A stretch of DNA of 26,649 nt from a virus (Duplodnaviria; Caudoviricetes): the IMG/VR virus record IMGVR_UViG_3300025314_000088, positions 1 through 26,649 of that record. One strand, given 5' to 3'. Below, in pieces: positions 8,241 to 15,375 of the stretch (its first letter is position 1; every line of letters begins with the position of its first letter). A model generated the notes under the pieces. The model searched no databases and was not told the origin of the DNA. It saw only the letters and a program-made list of their open reading frames with translations. A program made the translations under genes and the position numbers.

Positions 8241-8753
8241 TTATTTTTCGGGAAGTCGGGGAAAAGCTTTTTGTGAGCGCAGTTTTTCTTTCAGACAATC
8301 CTCATGATAAAAAAATCCGTTGTTATGGACCTTGGCTGGACGGGGCATTGTCTTGATTATCAATTCAAACTTCTCCGGGTCCCACATCAGGCCCCTAATC
8401 GGATCATGACACCATCGACAATGAATCGTTAACTGGCCTCCTTCGATGGTAGACAACGGCGGGGAGAGAGGATCACAAGGCGGACGTTGTTTTCTCGGCG
8501 GCCTCGATTCATCGAAAATAACCCCAGGTTCAACATGGAAAAAGGCGGCGATTTTCTTCTGCGTTCTGTCATGGGGAAAACATATCCCGTGTTCTATTTT
8601 GAAAATCCCGCATGGACTTAAGCCGCAATGTTTGCTCAATCTTCTTTGGCTCAGGCCGGCCCGCTCCCTAAACCAGCGAAGTTTGTTAACGATCCTCTCC
8701 TTCCTCTCCTTGCGGGAGAGGGACAGCCTCTCCTTACTGCCCCCCTCCCATGC
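8241..8753 (-). CDS. XRE-family HTH protein with C-terminal Cys/His motif; start unresolved
   Basis: The frame is open upstream of the track's TTG 8639 and reads NKLRWFRERAGLSQRRLSKHCGLSPCGIFKIEHG...KKIAAFFHV, a full XRE domain; C-terminus has CRWC...HEDC. Confidence 0.75.
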   Translation of the reverse strand, partial: AWEGGSKERLSLSRKERKERIVNKLRWFRERAGLSQRRLSKHCGLSPCGIFKIEHGICFPHDRTQKKIAAFFHVEPGVIFDESRPPRKQRPPCDPLSPPLSTIEGGQLTIHCRWCHDPIRGLMWDPEKFELIIKTMPRPAKVHNNGFFYHEDCLKEKLRSQKAFPRLPEK

Positions 8754-8759
8754 TCATGG

Positions 8760-9095
8760 TCAGGCAGTCTTGAATTTGTACCAGCCGTTAGAAACCGCGA
8801 AGACCGCGACGGTATACCCCACAAATTTGAGGATCGTAAATCCGCCGCCTCCCGTAAACAGGAATACAATGGTAGCCGTCGCTGAAACTAATAGGCTGAT
8901 ACCATAGACCACCGCGCCGTTGACCTTGAGGGCCGTCTTGAGGATCTGGGTCACGGCAATGACGCCGAATCCCAGGAGCCCCCCGGCCAGGATCGAGTCA
9001 ACGACGGCGGGATCAATCTCGGTGGGGTCGGCTGCGAGCGCCAAGCCCAACGAGAAAAAACAGAAGACCGCCAAGAATAAAAATAGACGTTTCAT
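8760..9095 (-). CDS. Holin-like membrane protein with signal-peptide-like N-terminus
   Basis: AAGGAGGTGA SD before ATG 9095; MKRLFLFLAVFCFFSLGLALA-ADP followed by three hydrophobic segments (VTQILK motif); close to the endolysin. Confidence 0.6.
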   Translation of the reverse strand: MKRLFLFLAVFCFFSLGLALAADPTEIDPAVVDSILAGGLLGFGVIAVTQILKTALKVNGAVVYGISLLVSATATIVFLFTGGGGFTILKFVGYTVAVFAVSNGWYKFKTA

Positions 9096-9109
9096 GAACG
9101 TCACCTCCT

Positions 9110-9451
9110 TCAGATTTCATGCTCCGCCTTGCCTTGGTAGGCGTCGCGGGCGCATTTCCATTTGCCATCCAGATCCGGGGGACATACTGGAATTCCGAGA
9201 GTCTCGAATAATTTCTCGATGACCCCCTCTATCACCATCGACATACTAATACCCTTTTTTGTCGGGATATATTCGTGCTGCAAGGCTCGGATAATAGCTT
9301 GGGCTGTTGCATGGATGAGCGCTGCCGAAAGCTCAGGGCTAATTTTTTCCCCCTTTTTGCCTCTCTTTCCCGCCGCGCAGCACAGGGCGGCAATGAGGAC
9401 GCCGAGGAAGAAGCCGACGAAGACCAGGCCGAAGCCGATCAGGTAAATCAT
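9110..9451 (-). CDS. Hypothetical protein with N-terminal TM helix
   Basis: MIYLIGFGLVFVGFFLGVLIAALCCAAGKRGKK; ATGA coupling. Confidence 0.65.
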   Translation of the reverse strand: MIYLIGFGLVFVGFFLGVLIAALCCAAGKRGKKGEKISPELSAALIHATAQAIIRALQHEYIPTKKGISMSMVIEGVIEKLFETLGIPVCPPDLDGKWKCARDAYQGKAEHEI

Positions 9452-9756
9452 GTCTTTCCCTCCTTCTCCAAAATAGCTTTAAAATCTTTGTATCTGCACA
9501 TGACGATATCTCCACCATGCTCCTTACCGAGCTCGTGTAGGATAACGATCGCCGTGTCCCCTTTCGCGTTTCGTTCAGCCTGGGCCATGCAATTGTGAAT
9601 GAACATGGGCAATTTTTCTCTTTCCTTGCACTCACAAGATATCCCCCGATGCAGAATAACGTCTTCCTGTCCAAGTATCCCGACGCGCCGACCGCCGAGG
9701 TCGCGGGCGATGAAGCGCTCCAGGGACTTGCCGCGCTGACGGTTCTTATTGCTCAT
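9448..9756 (-). CDS. Holliday junction resolvase-like PD-(D/E)xK nuclease
   Basis: RQRGKSLER...EDVI...CECK...QA pattern typical of Hjc-like phage resolvases. Confidence 0.7.
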   Translation of the reverse strand: MSNKNRQRGKSLERFIARDLGGRRVGILGQEDVILHRGISCECKEREKLPMFIHNCMAQAERNAKGDTAIVILHELGKEHGGDIVMCRYKDFKAILEKEGKT

Positions 9757-10025
9757 TCCTCAACCTCCACCCCGGCCTCTTCCAGGACCATCGCCAGGGC
9801 ATCAGGCGCGGCCCCCATCGCACGCGCTGAGTTGACCACGAATCCCCTTGTCACTTCCGGCCCATTCTCGATGAGGCGGCGGATGGTATCCTCGGCTTCG
9901 GCGCACCGATGGCTTTTTTCCGGATTTGTTTTTACGCAGGTTTCACAGGGCTCATTGTCTGCATCGGGTACGCATTGGCCAATCCACTCTCGTAGCCATT
10001 CTTTTAGCGTATTCGGCTTACTCAT
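9753..10025 (-). CDS. Hypothetical protein, IRRLIE paralogue
   Basis: 90 aa, coupled; contains IRRLIE and CETC. Confidence 0.65.
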   Translation of the reverse strand: MSKPNTLKEWLREWIGQCVPDADNEPCETCVKTNPEKSHRCAEAEDTIRRLIENGPEVTRGFVVNSARAMGAAPDALAMVLEEAGVEVEE

Positions 10026-10176
10026 CGGCGGCGTCCTTTATTTGTTCCCATTTATGTTGATGATCTTTAGTGGCTGGGCAAAATGTCGGGTCAGGCCCGC
10101 GGCAGCCCAAGTCTTTGAGGAGGGCGAAAAACAAGGCCTCTTTGAGCGTGTATCCACAAGTACGACAACTCGTCAT
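10018..10176 (-). CDS. 52-aa Cys/His protein (not in the ORF track)
   Basis: MTSCRTCGYTLKEALFFALLKDLGCRGPDPTFCPATKDHQHKWEQIKDAADE; AAGGAGG SD. Confidence 0.55.
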   Translation of the reverse strand: MTSCRTCGYTLKEALFFALLKDLGCRGPDPTFCPATKDHQHKWEQIKDAADE

Positions 10177-10262
10177 TCAACCCTCCTTCCCCTGCGGATA
10201 TGAATCCAAGGAAACATGGCGTCGAGCCAAACAAGCCAGCCGGGACGTAATAATAAAATCAT
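10173..10262 (-). CDS. 29-aa peptide (not in the ORF track)
   Basis: MILLLRPGWLVWLDAMFPWIHIRRGRRVE; ATGA overlaps at both ends fill the gap exactly. Confidence 0.4.
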   Translation of the reverse strand: MILLLRPGWLVWLDAMFPWIHIRRGRRVE

Positions 10263-10537
10263 TCTCCCTTCTTCCTGAAGTCGAAGTCGCGGATTTTGCT
10301 GATAAGTTTCAAGGATAATCCAATAGAATTAACCAGACTCACCAAGTCCTTGCCTTCTAATGGAATATTTTTTGCCGCTTCTTGCCACTCCCCCATATCC
10401 TCGACGAGGCGGCGGATGGCTTGTTCTACACGATGCAACTCTTCTCCCCACAAATAATTATCCCTATCGCGCTTCATCATGCGGTCGAAAGCCTCGTGGA
10501 CAGTGTCTAGGATTTCCTCTTTTGTCGGCTCACTCAT
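10259..10537 (-). CDS. Hypothetical protein, IRRLVE/IRDF paralogue
   Basis: 92 aa, AAGGAGG SD. Confidence 0.7.
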   Translation of the reverse strand: MSEPTKEEILDTVHEAFDRMMKRDRDNYLWGEELHRVEQAIRRLVEDMGEWQEAAKNIPLEGKDLVSLVNSIGLSLKLISKIRDFDFRKKGE

Positions 10538-10745
10538 CGGCGCCCTCCTTGCCCGAATTGAAGTCGCGGATATTGAGAATTATTGCCTTCATTTGGTCAT
10601 GGCTGAGGTTCTTTATTCCACAAGTTAATTGCAGTTCATCCATAAACTCGATGAGGCGGCGGATGGCGTCTATTTCTTCCCCGCATAAAGGGGCGTGATG
10701 TTTTATCAGATGCAAAATTTCTAGTATTGTTCTCGGCTCATTCAT
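10530..10745 (-). CDS. Hypothetical protein, IRRLIE/IRDF paralogue
   Basis: 71 aa, AAGGAGG SD. Confidence 0.7.
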   Translation of the reverse strand: MNEPRTILEILHLIKHHAPLCGEEIDAIRRLIEFMDELQLTCGIKNLSHDQMKAIILNIRDFNSGKEGADE

Positions 10746-10902
10746 CGGCGGCCTCCTTTTTCCGACGCTTTACTTCTTTCTCCCGGCGCTTCATAAATGC
10801 CTTGAAGTCCGCAAGGTTCATCGCGGTGACCCCTTCAGGGTGTAAGCTATGCCATTCTTTTGCTATTGCTGTACGGCGAGTCATTCTCTCTGTTTCATTC
10901 AT
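10738..10902 (-). CDS. 54-aa basic protein (not in the ORF track)
   Basis: MNETERMTRRTAIAKEWHSLHPEGVTAMNLADFKAFMKRREKEVKRRKKEAADE; AAGGAGG SD. Confidence 0.6.
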   Translation of the reverse strand: MNETERMTRRTAIAKEWHSLHPEGVTAMNLADFKAFMKRREKEVKRRKKEAADE

Positions 10903-10904
10903 CG

Positions 10905-11147
10905 TCAGCCTCCTTTCCTAAACGGCGACTCTATTTCCAAAGCAACAGGCGGTTGTGTTTGGCCATGTACCCAGAGCCAAACCTTCTGCCCCAATAGAAT
11001 GGCGAACCTTTCCTTGAATGATGGTTCCCAACAGGAAATCAGATGAATGTTATCAGAGAAAACAGAAAGGGAAGTACATTCTGAATCCGTCATATCTTTT
11101 GATTTTGTGAAAAGTTTGTTTGCCTGTTCAAACTTTATGGCCTTCAT
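10905..11147 (-). CDS. Small phage hypothetical protein
   Basis: 80 aa; ISCWEPS..ER...GQKVWLWVHGQTQPPV; strong SD. Confidence 0.7.
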   Translation of the reverse strand: MKAIKFEQANKLFTKSKDMTDSECTSLSVFSDNIHLISCWEPSFKERFAILLGQKVWLWVHGQTQPPVALEIESPFRKGG

Positions 11148-11317
11148 CGGCGTCCTCCTTCCTTCTCCGGCACTTCCTCGATGCGGATGCGGACTGGTTT
11201 TGCATCTTTCATTGTCAAATTATCCAGCAATCTCCTCTTGCTATAGGTGGCTGTTTCCGCAAGTAATTCACCATTCAATTTCCATTTGTAGCACCACCAA
11301 AATTCAGGCTTGCTCAT
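11144..11317 (-). CDS. Hypothetical protein (57 aa)
   Basis: Start moved to ATG 11317 (MSKPEF...) behind AAGGAGG. Confidence 0.6.
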   Translation of the reverse strand: MSKPEFWWCYKWKLNGELLAETATYSKRRLLDNLTMKDAKPVRIRIEEVPEKEGGRR

Positions 11318-11333
11318 CGACGGCCTCCTTTCT

Positions 11334-11525
11334 TCAGCCATCGGCATCTTTCTTGATCGCCCAAATCGGATCAGGACAGTCGCATTTGGCATAATGCTTG
11401 CCGCACTTCCGGCAGTAGCGATAGACAAAATTGCCCCCTAATGCCGACGCAGCCGATCTAAGCCTTTCTTGTAAGTCGGCGCACGTACATTCAGACAACT
11501 CTTTCTGGCATTTACAGCACCACAT
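11334..11525 (-). CDS. Cys-rich 63-aa protein with two CxxC-x6-CxC units
   Basis: MWCCKCQKELSECTC...YCRKCGKHYAKCDC; GGAGGA SD; starts right after the radical SAM stop. Confidence 0.65.
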   Translation of the reverse strand: MWCCKCQKELSECTCADLQERLRSAASALGGNFVYRYCRKCGKHYAKCDCPDPIWAIKKDADG

Positions 11526-11526
11526 C

Positions 11527-12510
11527 TCAATCCTCCTCCGACACTTTCTCCGACAGCATTTCTTCAACATGGCGTCCTTTGCTTAAATATTCGTGTATCT
11601 CTTGATTGTATTTTACAAACCGATAGTTACAGCCGGTAACACAATGGGAATCTTTGCCCGGATTGCCCGGAGGAGCAACTTTGTCACGAAACAAATGAGA
11701 ACAATAGTATTCATCCCCCCATTCGTCATACAAGCGTTCGGTCATTGATAAATAGCAGGGAATTTCAATGTTATGCGGAAAATTATTCCCACCCCTATAA
11801 TGGGTAGTCTTGAAAATTTGCTGGGAAACGGGGTCGAGTTCATTGGCATAAAAGAAAAGCTGGTCTACATCATCCCTGGTGAGGATTAGGGATTTGTTTT
11901 TTCCCTTATAAAAAGATGCCGATATGGAAAACAATCCAGGGAACTCTGTTTGGCAAAAACGGATGAAATTATCAAACCTAAAAGCGTTCTGATGCGTAGC
12001 GCAGAAAGAAACCGAAACATGGCTTAATGCCTGGCAACATCTTTTTATATTTTCTACGACTCTATCAAAATGGTCGCCTCCCGTTAATTCGTTCCATCTA
12101 TCGGCATGGCAATCATCCAAGGAGGTTTTAACCCGGAAAAGCGATTCAAGGGTTTTGTCTTGAGGCATAATCAATAGATTAGAATTCCAGGCAAAACGAG
12201 TATTGCCTTTTTGTCCTTGTATTTCCTTTTCCAACCAAGGAACCAGCGAAGGTTCACCCCCGGTAATGTGGACTACTCCTTGTGGGCCAGCCCTTTGAAT
12301 TAGGCTCCTAAATAATTCCTGCGTCATTATCTGAGAATTCTTCTTCCTGTTCGAACAATATCGACAAGTCATATTACAAAGCGACGTGACGTGAGCTACT
12401 AATCGCACAACTTGCGGAATTCCCCCAATGCTTAAAGCACGCTTAGTTTCTTCGGCTCGTCTAGCAAGACGGTCCCAAAATATTTCCTCTGTTTCCTCAA
12501 TCATCGTCAC
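11527..12510 (-). CDS. Radical SAM enzyme with a probable C-terminal auxiliary (twitch/SPASM-like) Cys cluster
   Basis: CNMTCRYC (CxxxCxxC), HITGGEP, C-terminal IPCY...YYCSH...HCVTGC. Confidence 0.9.
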   Translation of the reverse strand: MTMIEETEEIFWDRLARRAEETKRALSIGGIPQVVRLVAHVTSLCNMTCRYCSNRKKNSQIMTQELFRSLIQRAGPQGVVHITGGEPSLVPWLEKEIQGQKGNTRFAWNSNLLIMPQDKTLESLFRVKTSLDDCHADRWNELTGGDHFDRVVENIKRCCQALSHVSVSFCATHQNAFRFDNFIRFCQTEFPGLFSISASFYKGKNKSLILTRDDVDQLFFYANELDPVSQQIFKTTHYRGGNNFPHNIEIPCYLSMTERLYDEWGDEYYCSHLFRDKVAPPGNPGKDSHCVTGCNYRFVKYNQEIHEYLSKGRHVEEMLSEKVSEED

Positions 12511-12676
12511 TCACCTTCCCGCTCGTCATTTCCGTCGCATGCCTCCCGCCGCCGTCCGTCCAGGTTGCCTCATGGCGGGAGCACCGCTCGTCCAGGGAAA
12601 TGACGACGATGAACAGCGCGGCCAATACGAGGATGGCCCAGGCAAGGACGGATAAGAAGCGATTAGGTTTGGTCAT
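12497..12676 (-). CDS. Small single-pass membrane protein
   Basis: MTKPNRFLSVLAWAILVLAALFIVVISL. Confidence 0.5.
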   Translation of the reverse strand: MTKPNRFLSVLAWAILVLAALFIVVISLDERCSRHEATWTDGGGRHATEMTSGKVSDDD

Positions 12677-12677
12677 C

Positions 12678-13133
12678 CTACTTCCGCAATTCAAAATACT
12701 TTTTGATAAATTCGACAGCCTTAGACTCTTTGCCGTCCAGGATTAATGCCCCATCAATAACCCCGATAGTGCAAATCACTTCGCCTTTTTCACGGAAAAC
12801 AACGAATTCATGTGCGCTTTGACCGACGACAATCTCCCAATCTTCATCTACCTTTGATGGATCGAGGATGATATATGTCTTGCCTGCTTCCAGGGGATGA
12901 TCTGATAGATGTGCCCAATCCACCATGATCACATCCCCTTCTTTCGGTGGTTCTTCGGGGACTTTCCAAACAAAGTCTACCATCGGCGGATTTTCCAAGA
13001 ATTTTCTTTGTTCCTCTGCCCAGTAAGCTTTCTGCCGTGCCCGCGTTTCTATTGAAGTTACAATCATGGCGAATGCCAACCACGATGCGGCCAGCGGCCA
13101 AATGATCCAAGAGATACGCTCAAATTTCGTCAT
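12678..13133 (-). CDS. Membrane-anchored hypothetical protein
   Basis: N-terminal TM helix (ISWIIWPLAASWLAFAMIV); 151 aa. Confidence 0.65.
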   Translation of the reverse strand: MTKFERISWIIWPLAASWLAFAMIVTSIETRARQKAYWAEEQRKFLENPPMVDFVWKVPEEPPKEGDVIMVDWAHLSDHPLEAGKTYIILDPSKVDEDWEIVVGQSAHEFVVFREKGEVICTIGVIDGALILDGKESKAVEFIKKYFELRK

Positions 13134-13275
13134 CTTCCTCCTCCTCTATTTCCTCCGGCTCTATCGCCCCGCATGAAACGCAGTACGGAACCGGATCGCG
13201 GGGGCTAAGGCTATAGAACGAGGCGCGCGGGACATACGCCTTGATCTCGGCGCGGCAGCAGGCGGAGAGGGTCAT
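13120..13275 (-). CDS. Small zinc-ribbon-like protein
   Basis: MTLSACCRA...YCVSCG, acidic tail; GAAGGAG SD. Confidence 0.6.
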   Translation of the reverse strand: MTLSACCRAEIKAYVPRASFYSLSPRDPVPYCVSCGAIEPEEIEEEEDDEI

Positions 13276-13601
13276 GGTTTCTCCTTCGGCAGTAGAGATT
13301 TTAGAAAGGCGAGTTCGGCCTTGGCCAAGCGGTGACAAGCAAGGCATATGATGTGGTATTTATTTATTGGAACATGATGCCAGTCGCGTTGATGTGCCAC
13401 CCAATCGGCATAGGGGCTTTCATAACAATATTGTTTCCCCGTTTCAATGAACACAGGACAAAAAACACAATGCTTTTTCGCCCAATAAAACAGGGAACAA
13501 AGGGCACAATTATATACCCCCTGATCCACTCCTGTTCCCGCAATAATGTCTTCCCATTTGCGGATACTGCCCTTGAGTGCCTTGAGTGTTTTAGCGTTCA
13601 T
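13272..13601 (-). CDS. Cys-rich hypothetical protein
   Basis: MNAKTLKALKGSIRKWE...NCALC...CVFCPV...YC; AAAGGAG SD. Confidence 0.7.
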   Translation of the reverse strand: MNAKTLKALKGSIRKWEDIIAGTGVDQGVYNCALCSLFYWAKKHCVFCPVFIETGKQYCYESPYADWVAHQRDWHHVPINKYHIICLACHRLAKAELAFLKSLLPKEKP

Positions 13602-13649
13602 TGTCTCTCCTTTAATTCCTCCCAAAATTCTCTATCTCGATCCGCTTGG

Positions 13650-13970
13650 TCATGGGAATAACTCCCCCTGTTGCGCGTCAATCAATTCGGGATGGGCCTG
13701 GGCGACACGTTGCCAGCGCTCGAATAATGGGATAGCCTTAGCTTTGAGATACAAACGGTACTCCTCAAGCTCGGCCCGGCTCTCCGGCCAGAACAAACCC
13801 CGTGATGAGGAGACTATGGGAAGCTCGGCGTAAATCTCTCTTAAGTCTCGATCAGAAAGGCCATAGCCAAGGCTATGCAAATAATTCAATAAGTCCTCCC
13901 GCGTGATCGCGTTGGCCCGGCCCCGGTGGTGGGCGCGGAGGATGGAGAGGATGAAATCAGAAAGGGACAA
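13650..13970 (-). CDS. Winged-helix-like DNA-binding protein
   Basis: Start moved to TTG 13970 (GGAGG SD); AITREDLL...SDRDLRE...IVSSSRGLFW pattern; ends QQGELFP. Confidence 0.6.
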   Translation of the reverse strand: MSLSDFILSILRAHHRGRANAITREDLLNYLHSLGYGLSDRDLREIYAELPIVSSSRGLFWPESRAELEEYRLYLKAKAIPLFERWQRVAQAHPELIDAQQGELFP

Positions 13971-14202
13971 TTTCGTCCTCCCCCGGTTCCCGCTCTCCTC
14001 CCGCCTCTGCCTTATAATCGTGGACCGGCTTTGCCCTGCGTCGCAACCGTTTCGCCCGATCCTTCCTGGCCTCCTCTTGCACAATCTCGCCGGCCAATAT
14101 CCACGCCGACTTGCGCCGGCGGCCCTCGGGACATTCGCAGAAAACGGCGGTATTGTCCTTAAGGTACATACCCTCACCATGGCATTCACAGACGGGGTTC
14201 AT
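13957..14202 (-). CDS. Small zinc-finger protein
   Basis: CECHGEG...FCECPEG; ends EDEIVPF. Confidence 0.65.
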   Translation of the reverse strand: MNPVCECHGEGMYLKDNTAVFCECPEGRRRKSAWILAGEIVQEEARKDRAKRLRRRAKPVHDYKAEAGGEREPGEDEIVPF

Positions 14203-14603
14203 GTTTTCCGCCCATTAAAAATAACTATCATGCTCGGGAATGGAGCGCATCCAAATGTGCCATCCGGTCTTGTGAATTTTAATCGTCCCCGGATAAATCG
14301 GATTTCTGGGGCATTAGGCAAAATAAGATCATGAAACCACTTTGTATCTGTCCTTACCGGAAGCAGGAAAATAACTGTCTTACCTTGCTTGTATTCAATG
14401 ATTCCTTTTTCGATCCATTCGCCGACAGCGCGGCCATAAGGCGGGTTGCAATATGTCGATGTTCCCCACGGCCTATCTAATCCAAAAAGACCGCCCGAGG
14501 GACAGGGATCGTCATTGAAATGAAATTCTGCCTTTAATTGATAATAGAGAAAGCCTGGGGTATTCCAATGGGAGGACAGAGAAGAAAACAATACTTTGTT
14601 CAT
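14199..14603 (-). CDS. Phage DNA N6-adenine methyltransferase (phage Dam-like family)
   Basis: WNTP, YCNPPY (catalytic NPPY), LLPVRTDTKWFH, IRFIRGRLKF, APFPS. Confidence 0.9.
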   Translation of the reverse strand: MNKVLFSSLSSHWNTPGFLYYQLKAEFHFNDDPCPSGGLFGLDRPWGTSTYCNPPYGRAVGEWIEKGIIEYKQGKTVIFLLPVRTDTKWFHDLILPNAPEIRFIRGRLKFTRPDGTFGCAPFPSMIVIFNGRKT

Positions 14604-14643
14604 GGCCTAAAGCCTCGCCTCGTATTTAAAATCTTTGTACGTC

Positions 14644-15375
14644 TTAGAAAGGAACATCTCCGTCCTCCTCCGTCTCCGGCATCCTCTCCGACACCTGGGC
14701 CATCGTTTCTTCGAGTATCCGCTTCAACGACCCGGGCACAAGGATCTTCTTCTCCTCCCGTCGTTTTTCCTCAAGCTCCTCTCGCCGTCGCTTAATTTCC
14801 TCGATCTGCTTTCGCTTGTCTGCGCACCACGCCTCATGCTCGACCGCGTTTGCCTCCCAGAAACCCAGGGCGTTTTTTTCCTGAAGCCCGCGGACCGGAC
14901 CCGCGCTCTGCGGCAATCTCGCGAGGTTCATCTGGATCTTTTCATCTCGCTTCTTCTTCTCCCAGTTTGAGTATGCCGGTTCGACATTCCAAGAAGCCTT
15001 CTTCAACCGGCCCTTCTCGCAAGAGCAAAATCGGGCGACTAACTCGTCCAAAAATAACCCTAAATTTCCGCATTTCTGGCAGAAGTCAAGGGCCGAATAA
15101 TCCGGCGGTGCGCCTTCCCTTTCCGGCTCGTACACCTCATCCATACCTTCTTCTTTCATGTCTATAACGGCTGACTCAATCGTGGCCACCGAAGGGAATG
15201 GTTCCGAGGGAAACGGCTTGAAGGAAGACGCAACGAAGTCCACGGCCTTCTCAAACACCTCGTCTTCCACATAATGCAGGGCCCGCCAATACTCGGCCAG
15301 AACTCCGGCCTCGAGTTTCCGCCGAAACAACGCCTCCATCCTTCCGATCTGTTCCTTGAATACCATCTCTCTCAT
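14644..15375 (-). CDS. Replication accessory protein (helicase loader/inhibitor-like N-terminus plus Zn finger)
   Basis: ATGA-coupled to the initiator; EYWRAL...FPSVA helical domain, CQKC...CSC; ends EDGDVPF. Confidence 0.55.
   Translation of the reverse strand: MREMVFKEQIGRMEALFRRKLEAGVLAEYWRALHYVEDEVFEKAVDFVASSFKPFPSEPFPSVATIESAVIDMKEEGMDEVYEPEREGAPPDYSALDFCQKCGNLGLFLDELVARFCSCEKGRLKKASWNVEPAYSNWEKKKRDEKIQMNLARLPQSAGPVRGLQEKNALGFWEANAVEHEAWCADKRKQIEEIKRRREELEEKRREEKKILVPGSLKRILEETMAQVSERMPETEEDGDVPF

Noticed and set aside
11527-12510. Viperin or QueE assignment for the radical SAM enzyme
   Set aside because: Only generic radical SAM motifs are visible; the QueE-type motif context and other 7-deazaguanine pathway genes are absent from the window.
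13158-13217. CCTTAGCCCC...GGGGCG resembling a third copy of the leader RNA
   Set aside because: Lacks the GCAA hairpin, CCAAA junction, correct spacing and an upstream promoter; lies inside a coding region.
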